Source: Squalus acanthias | Lineage: Eukaryota | Direction of reading: 5' to 3' | Length of the DNA: 64,000 bases | Assembly (NCBI GenBank): GCA_030390025.1 | Contig: CM059432.1 | Location: forward strand, 87,484,001-87,548,000 | Shown: piece by piece, positions 24,768-38,874 of the stretch | Numbering within the stretch: position 1 is the first letter of the stretch | Layout of the letters: each line of letters opens with the position of its first letter | Translations under genes and position numbers: made by a program | Notes under the pieces: model-generated | Told to the model about the DNA's origin: nothing | What the model saw: only the letters and a program-made list of their open reading frames with translations | The model's database searches: none

Positions 24768-27700
24768 GGCCGGAATTTTGCCAGCGCTCAGAGGGCGGGT
24801 TTGGAGGCGGGTCCGCTGTCAAAATAGAAAAGATTGACAACGGGTAGGAAACCCGCTGTCAACCCGCCTCCACGCGAGTCTCCCAGGTGTCGGATCTGTC
24901 AGCGGAGAACTGATCCGACACCAAGCAGCGGGGGAGACAATTGAGCTCATTAAATGGTATTTTGAGGCTTCCTTCCAATTTTACGTGCTCTCCACGGGTT
25001 ACCCGCTGCCCGGGGAACACGCCAGCTCACCCTGGCGTGAGTTGAGTCTGCTCTGATGTATCTGATAAGCTGGCAGCTGCAGAAGTGGTGTAAAGGATGC
25101 TACATTACAGATGGTCAGTTTCAGAGTGCAGAAACTGTTGGTTACTGCATTTGTAATACATATAGAGATTTCTTTAGCTTGCAAGTGTTTAGAGCCAACT
25201 GTATGCCCAGTGTCACCTCATTGGAACAACCTCTCTCACCATTGACAGATCGCTTCTGTCATCTCACCTGCAGCTGCCATCTATTAGTGCCCTTGAAAAA
25301 ATCAGACTTTGGTCCTCTGAATCCTTCCACGATCAGCCCCAACACCAACATCACCAATAACATCATCAACCTTCTCCACCATCACCTGATGCTGCACTGG
25401 ACACAGGGCATCATCCCCTGACAACATTGCTGCCCGGGAGGCCAGCGATGGCATCACCATGGCCAGATTTACTGCACTTGACGCTGTAAACCCTGGCTGC
25501 CACATGATGCGCCAGGTTGACACCATCCCACACCAGTACCGTAAAGCATCCCTTTAATGTCCAAGCCATTCCATGCACACTCAACACTATAGTGGGGGGG
25601 GGGGGGGGGGGGAAGTTATGTCTCAACATTCACTGGAACTCAGTAAGACACTTCTCAATGTGTGCACAGATCTGTCCAATAAGGGGCAGTGTTGAAAATA
25701 TAGATTTCACTGTATGACAACACATTACCAGAAACTTCACATGGACATTGGCTAAACCTCTCAAGTGCCTACCCTTGTGTGTTTTTAGTTGTTTTGCTTG
25801 CAGTAGGATAAGGGTGAGTGTGAGGGGTGGCTAGTGAGATGGGGAAGTGATAATGTAGATAGAGAGGGTTGGGTGGAGTTGCAAGGTAAGTTAGTGTGAG
25901 TAAGGATGTGCAGGAGAAGGGTATGGAAGGCAGAGTGATGGGGATATGTTGAGTGGCACAGCAGGGTGAGTTTGAGTGTGGCTTTGCAGTAACGTTTCGT
26001 GATCCACTGAGATCATTGAAAGGTTGGCGCCACTGCAGCCAGGGACCCCTGACGACATCCCTGCTTTTGCCCTTCTGTGCATTGTGCAACCAGGCTACGT
26101 TGGTGTCCTGGGGAGGTGTCTTCTGCCTTTGGAAGGGAAGAGAACCTCCCTGCTTGCTGTGACTCCATGGAGGGAGTCATTGGAGAGCCTGGGTGCAAGC
26201 GTCCACCTTTGTGCAGTGCTTGTCAGTGTTTGCAGCTTCTTCTTCTTCTTCTTAGGCAGTCCCTTGGAACCGAGGATGACTTGCTTCCACACTAGAAATA
26301 AGTTCTCAGGTGACTGATGAGTCCAATGCGGGACCTACAGTCTCTGTCACAGGTGAAACAGATGGTGGTTGAATGGGCAAGTGGGTGGGGTGCTTGGGTT
26401 GACGTGCGCGCCTTGCGCTGCTTGCTCCCGGCGAAGAGACTCGAGGTGTTCGGCGCCTTCCCAGATGCTTCTCCTCCACTTTGTGTGGTCTTGGGCCAGG
26501 GATTCCCAGGTGTCGGTGGGGATGTTGCACTTTTTCAAGGAGGCTTTGAGGGTGTCCTTGAAGCGTTTCCTCTACCCACCTGGGGCTCTCTTGCCGTGTC
26601 GGAGCTCAGAGTAGAGCGCTTGTTTTGGGAGTCTCGTATCGGGCATGCGGACGATGTGACCCGTCCATCGGAGCTGATCGAGCGTGGTCAAAGCTTCGAT
26701 GCTGGGGATGTTGGCCTGAGCAAGAACACTGACGTTGGTGCGCCTATCCTGCCAATGGATTTGCAGGATCTTGCAGAGGCAGCGTTGGTGGTACCTCTCC
26801 AGTGCTTTGAAGTGCCTGCTGTACATGGTCCATGTCTCTGAGGCATACAGGAGGGCGGGTGCTTGGTGCCGGGTTTGAGGTCCTGGTCTTCAAACACTCT
26901 CTTCCTCAGGTGACCGAAGGCTGCACTGGCACACTGAAGGCAGTGTTGGACTTCATCATCGACGTCTGCCCTTGTTGACAGTAGGCTCCCGAGGTATGGA
27001 AAGTGGTCCACGTTGTCCAAGGCCTTGTCGTGGATTTTGATAATCGGGGGGCAGTACTGTGTGGCGGGGGCAGGTTGGTAGAGGACCTTTGTCTTACGGA
27101 TGTTTAGTGTAAGGCCCATGCTCACGTATGCTTTGTTGAAGGTGTTGACGATGGTTTGGAGTTCGACCTCTGAGTGTGCGCAGACGCAAGCGTCGTCTGC
27201 ATACTGTAATTCGACGACAGGGGATGGGACGACCTTGGATCTGGACTGGAGACGACGGAGGTTGAACAGTTTCCCGTTAGTTCTGCAAATTAGCTCCACT
27301 CTAGCGAGGAGCTTACTGAGGGTGAGATGGAGCATTGCAGCAAAGAAGATCGAGAAGAGCGTTGGTGCGATGACACAACCTTGCTTGACCCCGGTCCGTA
27401 CGTGAATTGGGTCTGTGGTGGAACCGTTGGTCAGGATCACGGCTTGCATGTCATCGTGAAGCAGGCGGAGGATGGTGACCAACATTTGAGGGCAGCCGAA
27501 TTTGAGGAGGACACTCCATAATCCCTCACAGTTGACAGTGTCGAAGGCCTTTGTGAAGTCAAAGAAGGCCATGTACAGCGGGTGGTGCTGTTCCCTGCAT
27601 TTCTCTTGTAATTGACGCGCAGTGAAGATCATGTCCATTGTGCCCTTAGTGGGCGGAATCCACATTGCGACTCTGGAGGAGCTCTTCGGCCACTGGCAGA

Positions 27701-30137
27701 AGGTGATTGAGGAGGATTCTGTCAATGACTTTCCCTGTGGCAGACAGCAGGGAAACTCCTCTGTGATTACCGCAATCGGACTTGTCACCTTTCTTGAAGA
27801 TGGTCACAATTACGGCATTTCTGAGATCCCCTGGCATGCTCTCCTCCTTCCAGATAAGAGAAATTAGTTCATGAATTCGCGCCAGGGTAGTGCTTCTCCG
27901 CCATGCTTTAGTGCCTCGGCAGGGATTCCATCTGCTCCTGAGGCCTTGTTGTTCTTCAGTTGTCGGATGGCCTTTTCAACCTCATGCCGGGCTGGGGTTG
28001 TGCTGAGGTGGTGGCGGGTAGCATGCTGCGGGATGGAGTTGAGGACACTCGCGTCGAAGACAGAGTCTCGATTAAGGAAATCTTCGAAGTGCTCCTTCCA
28101 GCGGGCACTGACTGCCTCCCTGTCCTTGATAATTACCTCTCCGTTCTTGGCCCGCAGTGGGGTAGGACCTTGGGTGCTTGGACCGTAGATGGTTTGGACT
28201 GCGCTAAAGAATCCACGCACGTCGTGGTTGTCGGCTAGCTGCTGGATCTCCTGCGCTTTCTCCACCCACCATCTGTTCTTTAGGTCGCGAGTTTTTTGTT
28301 GGACCTCGGCCTTCAGGCTTCTGTAGAGCTGCTTTCTTGCTCTCGAGTTCTGTTGCTGTTTCCAGATCAGGAATGCCTTGCGCTTGCGGCTTATCAGCTC
28401 CTGGATCTTCTGGTCGTTCTCGTCGAACCACACTTGGTGTTTCCTGGTCGAGTGACTGAGCGTCTCTTCACAGGTGCTGATTATGGAGACCTTGAGTGCA
28501 GATCAAGCGCTGTGGGCACTCTGTGTCTCTGAATCACTGGGGGTCGTCAGGTTGTTTGTGAGGCGCAGGCTGAATAGGGCTTTCTTAGCAGGGTCTTTGA
28601 GTGCTGCAGCGTTGATTTTCCTGTGGCATTGTTTTTGTTGCCGCCGCTGTTTTGGGGCTACAATGATGGAGATGACATTAGGCGGTGGTCTGTCCAGCAG
28701 TCGTCAGCTCCTGTCATGGCGCGGGTGATGCGGACGTCCTTGCGGTCCCTCGCTCGGACGATGACGTAGTCCAGCAGATGCCAGTGCTTGGAGCGAGGGT
28801 GCTGCCATGAAGCCTTGTACTTGTCTCTCTGATGGAACAAGGTGTTGGTTATGACAAGGCCATGTTCTAAGCATTTCGTCAGGCGGAGGGTACCGTTGGA
28901 GTTGGCTTTCCCTACCCCCTCTCTGCCGATCACACCTCCCCAGAGGGCTGTGTCCTTTCCAACTCTGGCATTAAAGTCACCAAGGAGGATCAGCTTGTCG
29001 CCCGTTGGGACTCGGGACAGGGATTGTTCGAGGCTGGAGTAGAATTCCTCTTTGGTCTCGTCTGTGGCTTCCAGTGTTGGGGCGGACGCACTGAAGACTG
29101 TAGCGCACTGGTTCCGGGCTAGGGTGAGCCGAAGAGTCATGAGGCGCTCGTTTATACTGCTAGGGGAGTCTCTAAGATGCCGAACTAGTTCATTTTTTAT
29201 GGCGAAGCCTACCCCATGGAGGCGGCGTTCTTCTCCACGTTTGCCTTTCCAGAAGAAGGTGTAGCCACCACCTTGCCCTTGAGCTGGCCTTCCCCTGCCC
29301 CCCGGGTCTGACTTAGGGCGGCGATGTCAATGTCGAAACGTCTGAGCTCCCGGGCAACGATAGCAGTACGGCGTTCCGGTCTGTCACTGTTGAGGTTGTC
29401 CATGAGGGTCCTGACGTTCCAGGTCCCGAACTTCATTTTAAAGGGTGGAAGATGCCTCTGCGTGAATTCTTTTAACGTGGGGTGGCCGTTGCACACCAGC
29501 TACCACACGGGCTTGACAGAGCAAGGTCTTGGTCCAATGGCAAGGGGATCCAAGACAATTGGAGACCAGGCTCTGCTACAACGGCCTAGCACACATACAC
29601 AAACATACTGCTACTGTCCTCCTCCCTCCTTCCCGCAGGTCCTCTCTGCCTGGGTTTTGTAGGACCTCGCTGTTGGCCCGTGCCACACCTTCCCTGGGCC
29701 CCGACCCTGCTGCTGGTCCACGCTGCGCCACTCCTGGGCCTTGACCTTGCTGCTGGGTCCCGGCCTCAGACATGAATGATGTTGTCTCTCACAGGATCAA
29801 ATTAGCACTGATATTCTCGCGATCCCTGGCCCCGAGCTCCACTCGCGATCCACTAGTCACAGTGTTTGCAGCACCTCAATGCTGTCAAACACTGACAGAA
29901 CAACTGTCAAACTCCATGTGGCCGTGGTCCCTTTAAGAAAACCGGCTGATGACGCATCATCAAATGACGTCATCAGACCCGCTTCCTGTTAATTGGCTGG
30001 GAAGCCCGCAGGGTGGGCTTAACAAGACTAATGAAGGGAAAATCCCTTTGACAGAGCGGCTGCAGCTGGGAGCAGGACCGGAATCCAGAAACCACCTATC
30101 TCGCGACCGTCACGACACCGCTGAGAAAATCCAGCCC
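24768..30137. mobile_element. Non-autonomous Harbinger element containing a nested RTE
   Basis: Imperfect TIRs GGCCGGAATTTTGCCAGCG / CGCTGAGAAAATCCAGCCC and TSD AAC. Myb remnant on - near 26000-26050 (WLQWRQPFNDL). Confidence 0.8.
26237..29859 (-). mobile_element. Near full-length RTE LINE (APE endonuclease + RT), frameshifted
   Basis: Motifs GTWNVRTL, LLGDFNARVG, WTDHRL, GADGIPAE, GVKQGCVIAP and YADD. 13-bp TSD CAGTGTTTGCAGC at 26224-26236 and 29860-29872. Confidence 0.93.
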
Positions 30138-31072
30138 AACGTTTCAGGTCGATGATATTTTATCTGTACTTATAAGTCTTATGAAGGTCTGGTTTATATT
30201 TTCAATCTTGCCAAGTCACTAATTGTACATTAATCAGCTGTGCAGGGGTCTTTGAATTAGAGGAGCAATATATCCACTACACAAATATAGGACACTGATT
30301 AGTTGTTCATGGACTGGAGGAATGTCTTATGACAGTATGTGAGTTGATAGGGTGTGGGGTTGGGAGGGACTGCTGGAGCGAAAGGATGCAGTTTGGGAGA
30401 GCTTAAAGATTGCTGGAGCAACAGAGAAATCAGTGAGTAACAGAGAGAGAATCATAGAGAGAAAGGGGAGAATAACCGAAGCACAGAGAGAGAGAAATAC
30501 AACTATTATGAACATACAAGAATGGTGGATAGGAATATACCAGCTAGTCCATTGAGTCTGTCCTATACAGTTATCTTGCAATTAAGCATCATGACTCCCA
30601 ATCCTCCCACCCAGCAGCATCCATGTAATCTCCTGGGAGAGACAAAAATACAGAGGAAAAAACCTTAGGCCAATTCAAGGAAAAAGAATTCTGGTAAATT
30701 CCTCTCTGATTCCTAAAACTGATCAAGTTGAGTTCAGAAGACCACAGTGATTATGAGGCACATCACCCAACATCCCACCTACTGTGTACAGTAACGGTCC
30801 CAACACAGATCCCTTTGGGACTCGACTTGTATCCAGTTTTCATGCAGAATGCTACCATTAATAACAATATTCTGCCTATGAGAATGCAATCTATTCCTTA
30901 TCCAGCCCAAGATCTGCCCTCCTATCCCACAGATCTATTTTATAAATTTGACTATTACGTGGCACCACGCCAAAAGCTTTTTGAAAATCCAAATATACTA
31001 CGTTGACTGGACTACCTTCATCTACCAACCTAGTAACCTCCTCAAAATATTTAATCAGGTTGGTGAGACATG

Positions 31073-31133
31073 GGGGGAAAAATTGAGTCGCGCCACCTTT
31101 GGGGCGCTAACTTCGCCGGGGCGCTACTTTTAG
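31073..31133. mobile_element. Orphan end of MITE family A
   Basis: GGGGGAAAAATTGAGTCGCGCC...GGGGCGCTACTTTTAGC matches 17816-17877. Confidence 0.75.
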
Positions 31134-33499
31134 CTATTTTTCATTTAGCCCTCATCTCCTTTATGTATCCTTTATTTTCACCAGTCTATGTCGTCACATT
31201 TATTAACATTATCAGAATACATTAGCTCAGGTAACGTTCCTCAATCTCAAGAACTAAGATTGTAGATTTGAATAGTTCCAATGAACTTCTGATTAGGTGT
31301 CTTTATATTACTGCTAACATACTGTTTATGAGGGATTCAGTGTGTTACTACCTTGCTGGTGGGTTAAGGTATTTCTCAGTGTAAAACAGTCTAAATTGTT
31401 TCAATGTCCACATATCAGGATATCATTCCACCTTTGGGACCAAAGAGATGTCTCACTTTATAGGCATAACATGAGCATATGTGCATTGATGGCTGAATTC
31501 CTATAAAAATATATCTGGAGCCCTACAGAAATATTATCACATATCAAAAATAACTTGCTGAAAGTTTTCCTACATATTACTCTGAGCTTTCTCTTTCCCA
31601 TAAATGCTTTTCTTTTTGTACAATTCCACTCATCTTTTTGGTAACATGGCTATTCTTTTACCATTTGATATAGTTTCTAATAGGAGCTCTTATTTCTTAC
31701 CACTGAATGGCTGTTAGCTGGTAAGACTCAGAGTTGGCAGAAACTTGAAATACACCTCGGCCTAGATATCGCTGGAACTGATAAGCCTGAGGCACACCTG
31801 ATATTGGAATTCGGGCCTCATTTACCTGGTTCCAGGGAGCTGCTGACGCCTGCTGATCGTCCCCAGTCAGCTGGCTGGCAAAGAGGATATCAATTTTGGG
31901 CCACAACGTGGAGGGAAGCGGGCAACCGGGAGAGAGGAGAAAGCGATCGGGAGGGAGGGGACGGCCACAGTGGGGGTGGCAGTGGGCGGGGGAAGTGATC
32001 AAGACCAATACCGTACACTTGCTTTGCTTGTCTGGTGCCCAGCATTTAATTTGTGTTCAACCCACTTTAGTCTCCACATTTTCATTTTAAGAACAACAGA
32101 GACCTGTTTGTGAATTAATGCATTTTGTTATGATAACCAATGACTTAGCTTACATCATGCCTACATAACAACAGTGATGGTGCTTAAAAAGAACTCCATT
32201 ATCTATAATGTGCTTTGCATTCTCCTGAGGATGTGGAAGTGACTATATAAATGCAGGTTCTTTCTTTCTTTTTCTCTCTCTATTGTCATTCTGGAACAGA
32301 ATACTTTAATATTATGCTTGTAACATTGACCACCTTCATTTTAATTGTTATTTTCACAGGACCAGTAGAAAAGCTGAAAACACTGCTGATGTGTGCTTTC
32401 TGTCCATTTTTTCATATGGCATCATTCAATATGTTTAAGTTTGTCCCCAGAAACTGTTTTTTTTTATTATTTGGGCATCTTTGGTGTTATTCAGAGCCAG
32501 CAATGCTGTTGTTCCTCATAAACTAATGCATATGACTCCTGATAGATTGTATTCCATATTTCACTTATCCCACCCACCAATCTGAATATGGTGTCACTCC
32601 CAAGAACCTAAAAGCTTTCAAGTCCTTTTTTGGACAACTGTTCTAATTTATGTACTATTGTTGTTTTACCAGTTGTGCCTCATAGCTATGTTATTGACTC
32701 AAGCTAAGCTTTTACAAGGTTGAAATTCTACTATCTGGCAACAGATCTAAGTTATCAAGGACATTTGGGTTTGTAACCTCAGTTATCAATAAAAATATTA
32801 CAATTTTTTGTCTAATCTATAGTGCAGTCTAAAAATGTATCAACAGGATTGATGAAGCATGTCCTGAGTTGTCTTTGTGAGTCCCATAAAATGTTAATTT
32901 GTGGAGATCTGACTGCATAAACATCTTTCAGGCTTTGTTTTTCTTTGGGCAATTTTTCTTATCTTTTTATACCATGTTTGTCCTAGAATGAAAGATCCAT
33001 GGCACTATTCAAAGAAGAACAGAATAATTCTCTCAGTGTCCTGGCCAACATTTATCACCCAACCAACACCACAAAAACAGATTAACTAGTCATTACCTCA
33101 TTGCTGTGTGTGAGACCGTGCTGTGCACAAGTTGGCTGTTGTGTTTGCCTCCATAACAGTTACTACACGGAAAGGGTAAATAGGGAGGTGGCAAAGGGGT
33201 TAAACTAGTAAGACAGAGGGAGGGATCTACAAGAAATGAAACTAGCCTAAATATAAATGAAACAGGAAAAGAGAGCATAGGAAAGACTGAACTAAGGGAG
33301 GACATAGATGGCCAGGGAATAAATAGAGTTATAGAACAGGAGTGTAAAAAGATGGTTAAAAATAAAGTGAGAGAAACTACTATTAAAATGAGTTAAACTG
33401 TCTGTACAGCAATGCACAATATGTCCGTAATAAAACAGGGGAACTGGAGGCAATAATACATTGTGAGGAACCAGACATAGTAGGGATTACTGAGACATG

Positions 33500-34350
33500 G
33501 GGGGGGGGGGGGAATTTTGCCAGCCCTGGGGAGGTGGGTATGGAGGCGGGACGGCCGGGAAAATGGCAGAAACTGGGAGCGGGTACCAACCCCGCTCCTA
33601 ACCCGCCTCTGTGCCATCTTCCCGGGATGCGGGTCCCCGACTCGCACTGAGACCCATCTCCTCGAGGCGGGAAGGGAATTACAGCAACTAACTGCATGTT
33701 AACAGGTAGTTAACAGGCAGTTAAGAGGCTTATCCCCATTTTACCCACACAAGTGCGGGCTTCCCAATGGCTGCGTACCTCGCCAGGGTCAGCGAGGCGA
33801 GCAGTGGGTCTGCGGGGGTGAGAGGGGTCGAAAGGTGCACTGTGGAGGTGAGTGATGGGTGCAAGTGTGGACAGGTAAGTATGAGAGGTGAGTGCAAAGT
33901 GTTAGAAAAAGTTTACTTACCATTGATTCTTTCTGCAGGCTTCAACCCTTGGGGATCCAGAGGTGCCTCATCTCAACGGCAGAGATGACAGAATGGCTGC
34001 TGCATTCTCCGATGCAGGAACCATCTGATTTCTGCTAAGGAGAGAGGTTTGGTAAGTCTTCAGTCCAAGGGCTTACCTTTGAACAGAGATTGTCAATGTT
34101 TGATAACTTCTCAAAGCTGTCAAACGATGACAATTCATCTGTCAAAAGTTTTTGACAGATAAAACATCATACGCTGACGTCCTCTGTCACCGGCTTTCCC
34201 TTAATTGGCCAGCTAAGCCCGCAGGGTGGGATTATCAAGGTCAATCAAGGGAAAATAGCGTGGGTTGGCCAGACATCGTTGGGGGCAGAACTGAAACCCG
34301 ACAAGCAGCAGTCCTGCCCCCAACGTGTCCCCATTGATAAAACCCAGCCC
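33500..34350. mobile_element. Harbinger-type MITE in the CR1 endonuclease domain
   Basis: Ends G(n)AATTTTGCC / ATAAAACCCAGCCC and TSD ATG. Removing it restores ETW-LQ. Confidence 0.8.
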
Positions 34351-35393
34351 ATGGCTACAGAAAAATCAGGACTGGGAATTAAACATTGCAGGGTATAACA
34401 TATTTAGAAAAGATAGAGAGGGAAAAAGGGGAGGTGGAGTAGCTGTACTTATTAGGGATAACGTAATGGCAGTAGAAAAAAGTGACACAGCTATCAGCAA
34501 GACAAAATAGAATCCATATGGATAGAGATAAAAGATAATAAAGGATCAATCACACTAATAGGCATAAGTCTACAGACCACCTAATAGTGGAAGGGAGGTG
34601 GAGGAAGAAATATGCAAACAAATTAGGGAAATGAGTAAAAAACATAGAATAATAATCATGGGGAATTTCAACCACCCCGACAGTAATTGGCCAGACGAGG
34701 TAGATAAAGGAATGGAGTTCCTACAATGTGAACAGGATTCCTTTCTAACCCAATATGTAAGAAGTCTGACAAGGGAGGATTCGCTACTGGATCTAGTAAT
34801 GGGGAATGAACCAGAGCAGATAAGAGAAGCAAAAGTAGGGGAACATCTAGGCAATAGTGACCATAATATAATATGCTTTAAGATAATAATTGAGAAGGAC
34901 ATAAGTATGACGAAGACCAGGGTAATAGATTGGAGAAAAGCTGATTTTGCAGGGCTGAGAATAGAACTTGGGAAAATAAGATGGACAATAATAATGGCAA
35001 ACAATGATATAGAACAGCAGGAAAAATATATTCCGCTAAAAAACAAGAACAAAATAAACACTAATGAGACACCAGGGATGAATAAAAACATGAGGAAACA
35101 ATTGAGGGTAAGGAAAGAGGTATACACTAAGTATATGGACAGCAGGGGAGAGCATGACAAGGGGGAATACAAAGAGATTAGGAGAGAAGTAAAAAAAACA
35201 ATTAGGAAGGCAAAGAGGAACTATGAAATTAAATTATCAAGGCACATAAAACAAAATAGTAAAATATTCTACAGGCACATAAATAAAAAAAGGAAAGTTG
35301 GGATGGGAATAGGGCCACTAAGGGATGGACAGGATAAAATCAAAGGCAATGATAGAGAAATGGCAGAAATAGTAAATAATTACTTTGCTTCAG

Positions 35394-35615
35394 ATACTCA
35401 GCAGATCAGGCAGCATCTGTGAAGAGAGAAAAAGAGTTAACGTTTCAGGTCGATGACCTTTTTTTCCCCTGCTTTTTTCCAGTTCTGACGAAAGGTCATC
35501 GACCTGAAACGTTAACTCTGATTCTCTCTTCACAGATGCTGCCTGACCTGCTGAATATCTCCAGCATTTTCTGTTTTTATTTCAGATTTCCAGCATCTGC
35601 AGTATTTTCTTTTTG
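35394..35615. mobile_element. Miniature fold-back Penelope derivative (about 220 bp)
   Basis: Inverted arms 35394-35460 and about 35490-35560. 13-bp TSD TACTTTGCTTCAG. Confidence 0.85.
35481..35517 (+). ncRNA. Minimal type I hammerhead ribozyme motif
   Basis: AGTT-CTGACGA-A-AGGTC(ATC)GACCT-GAAA-C-GTT-AACT: core boxes, stem I AGTT/AACT, stem II, and palindromic ACGT stem III. Confidence 0.8.
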
Positions 35616-36019
35616 TACTTTGCTTCAGTATTTACCAGGGAGACAGATCATGTGGACATGACATTGGATGATGAGATTAGAAATGAGATAACCGCATTTA
35701 AAATAAAGAGGAGAAATATTAAATAAACTAATCAAACTCAAAGAGGATAAAACCCCTGGTTACATCCGCACATTTTGAAAGAATCTAGGGAAGAGATAGC
35801 AAAGGCACTACTACACATATTTAAGAATTCATTAGAAAAAGGTGTAGTGCCAGAGGACTGGCGGAGAGCTAACGTAATATCTATTTTAAGAAGGGAGATA
35901 GAACATCTCCAGGGAACTATAGACCAGTCAGTTTAACATCGGTGGTAGGAAAAATAATGGAATCCCTGCTAAAGGAGAAAATAGAAGAACATCTAGAAAC
36001 CAAGAATATAATAATGAAT

Positions 36020-38263
36020 GAGGGGGGGGGGGAAACCAAGGTTCTAATGAGGGTGAGGAACTTAATGTAATTAATATAAGTAGAGAAAAAGTACTAGAGA
36101 AACTAATGGGACTAAAAGCTGACAAATCCCCTGGACCTGACGGCCTACATCCTCGGGTTCTAAAAGAGGTGGCTGAAGAGATAGTGGATGCTTTGACCGC
36201 GATTTTGCCGGTGCTCAGAGAGGCGGGTCAGAGGTTAAAGTCCTTTTGATTGACGGCAGATACCGAACCCGCCGTCAATCCGCCTCCAAACAACCTTCCC
36301 AAGTGTCGGTTCCCCGATTTGTGAATGGACCCGACACCTAGCGGCAGGAAACGGATTAAAAGCAATTACCTGCCTATTAACAGGTGCTTGTCAGTAGTTT
36401 TCAGCATGTTTTTCGATTTTCCCGCTTCTGGGTCAGGTTTCATGATGTTCGGACAACACACCAGGTAAGTGTGGCGTGTTATGAGTCTGGTGTAATGTTT
36501 GTGAAAAGATGACAGCTGCAGAAATGGTGTGAAGGATGCAATGTTGCACATGGTGAGTTTCAGAGTAAAGAAAATATTGGTTACTGCATTTTTAAAACAT
36601 ATACAGATTTCTTTAGCTTACAAGTTTTTAAATCCAACTATATGTCCAGTGCCACCTCATTGGGAGAACCTCTCTCACCAGTGACGTCATTTGATGATTT
36701 GTCATCTGCTGGTTTTCTTAAAGGGACCACACACAATTTTTTTTGACAGCTCATTTCTCAGTGTTTGACAGCATTGAGGTGCTGCAAACACTGACAATCA
36801 CTGTACAAAGGTGAGCTCTTGCACCCAGGCTCTCTAATGACTTCCTCCATAGGCTAGAACAGATGGCAGCTGCAGGTGAGGTTACAGAAGTGATCTATCA
36901 CTGGTGAGAGAGGTTCTCCCAATGAGGTGGGACTAGACGTCCAATTCAAAACTTGTCACCTACAGAAAAGTGTAAATGCATTAAAAATGATTTCCCCAAC
37001 ATTTTCTTACCTCTGAAACTCACCAGTGCACCATTGGATCCTTCACACCACTTCTGCAGCTGTCATCAATGCAGAAACATTACAGTAGACCCACAGCACG
37101 CCACACTTACCTGGCGTGGTGTCCGGACGTCGGGAAGCCCGAGGCAGCAAAATTGAAAAAGAGGCTGTTAACAACTATCAAGTACTTGTTAACAGGCAGG
37201 TATGTGGCTTTAATCCTCTTCCCGCCGCTAGGTGTCGGGTCCATGTGCAAATCGGGGACCCGACACTTGGGAAGATTGATTGGAGGTGAGTTGACAGCGA
37301 GTTTCCTACCCGCTGTCAATCTTTGGGATTTTGACAGCGGTCCCACCTCCAAACCCGCACTCTGAGCACCGGTACAATTCTGGCCAAAGAGTCTGCAAAG
37401 GGATATAGATAGACTAAGTGAGTGGGCAGTAAGGTGGCAGATGGAGTATAATGTCGGAAAATGTGAGGTTATTCACTTTGGTAGGAAGAATAGAAAAACA
37501 ATATTTTTTAAATGGTGAGAAACTTTCAAATGTTGGTGTTCAGAGAGATTTGGGTGTCCTCGTGCAAGAAATACAGAAAGCTAGCATGCAGGTACAGCAA
37601 GCAATAAGGAAGGCAAATGTCATGTTGGCCTTTATTGCAAGGGGGTTGGAGTATAAGAGTAAGGAAGTCTTGCTACAATTGTACAGAGCCTTGGTGAGAC
37701 CACACCTGGAGTATTGTGCACAGTTTTGGTCTCCTTATCTAAGGAAGGATATACTTGCCTTGGAGGCGGTGCAATGAAGGTTCACTAGATTGATTCCTGG
37801 GATGAGAGGGCTGTCCTATGAGGAGAGATTGTGTAGAATGGGCCTATACTCTCTGGAGTTTCGAAGAATGAGAGGTGATCTCATTGAAACATACAAGATT
37901 CTGAAGAGGATTGACAGGGTAGATGCTGAGAGGTTGTTTCCTCTGGCTGGAGTGTCTAGAACTAGGGGGCATTGTCTTAGGATAAGAGATAGGCCATTTA
38001 AGACTGAGATGAGGAGGAATTTCTTCACTCAGAGGGTTGTGAATCTTTGGAATTCTCTGCCCCAGAGGGCTGTGAATGCTGAGTCTTTGAGTGTATTCAA
38101 GGCTGAGATAGATAGATTTTTGGACTCTAGGGGAATCAAGGGATATGGAGATTGGGCGGGAAAGTGGAGTTGAGGTCGATGATCAGCCATGATCTTATTA
38201 AATGGCGGAGCAGGCTCGAGCGGCTGTATGGCCTACTCCTGCTCTTATTTCTTATGTTCTTAT
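36020..38263 (+). mobile_element. Younger CR1 nested in the older CR1
   Basis: KSPGPDGLHPRVLKEVA, then the RT C-terminus and 3' UTR. ATGAAT is repeated at both junctions. Confidence 0.8.
36195..37385. mobile_element. Harbinger derivative with long inverted arms
   Basis: 36195-36680 and 36900-37385 are inverted homologues, both similar to 24768-25245. Confidence 0.75.
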
Positions 38264-38400
38264 GAATAGTCAGCAAGTATTTCAAAAGGGGAAGTCTTGT
38301 TTGACCAACCTCATTGAATTTTTTGAAGAGGTAACAGAGAGAGTAGACAAGGGTAATGTAGTAGATGTAATTTATCTAGATTTTCAAAAGGCCTTCGATA

Positions 38401-38874
38401 GAAAGAAACAAAGACTTACATATATATAGCGCCTTTCACGACCACCGGACATCCCAAAGTGCTTTACAACCAATGAAGTACTTTTGAAATGTAGTAACTC
38501 TTGTAATGTAGGAAACATGGCAGCCAATTTGTGCACAGCAAACTCCCACAAACAGCAATGTAATAATGACCAGATAATCTGCTTTTGTTATGTTGATTGA
38601 GGGATAAATATTGGCCAGGACATCAGGGTAACTCCCTGTTCTTCTTTGAAATAGTGCCACGGGATCTTTCACGTCCACCTGAGAGAGCAGACAGGTTTAA
38701 TGTCTCATCTGAAAGATGGCACCTCTGACAGTGCAGCACTCCTTCAGTACTGTAGTGGAGTGTCAGCCAAGATTTTTGTGCCCAAGTCTCTGGAGTGGGA
38801 CTTGAACCTACAACCTTCTAACTCAGAAGGAAAGATTGCTACCCACTGAGCCACAGCTCACACTCAGCTGACAT
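38401..38874 (-). mobile_element. tRNA-derived Deu-domain SINE with L2-like tail
   Basis: Reverse copy of 45103-45925, with B box GGTTCAAGTCC and Deu-like ctttcagatgagacattaaacc. Confidence 0.85.

Larger units (their letters stand above)
24697..30171 (-). mobile_element. Short Penelope-like terminal remnant split by a Harbinger insertion
   Basis: 24697-24767 plus 30138-30155 rebuild the PLE terminal sequence. 13-bp TSD ATAAGTCTTATGA at 24684-24696 and 30172-30184. Confidence 0.75.

Noticed and set aside
31697..31797. Possible host exon on - (GVPQAYQFQRYLGRGVFQVSANSESYQLTAIQW followed by gtaaga)
   Set aside because: It has a good donor but no polypyrimidine acceptor, no recognised protein and no partner exons. 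TBLASTN or RNA-seq would be needed.
37103..37120. U1 snRNA-like start (acttacctggc)
   Set aside because: Similarity stops after about 11 nt. It is an antisense splice-donor motif in a Harbinger arm.
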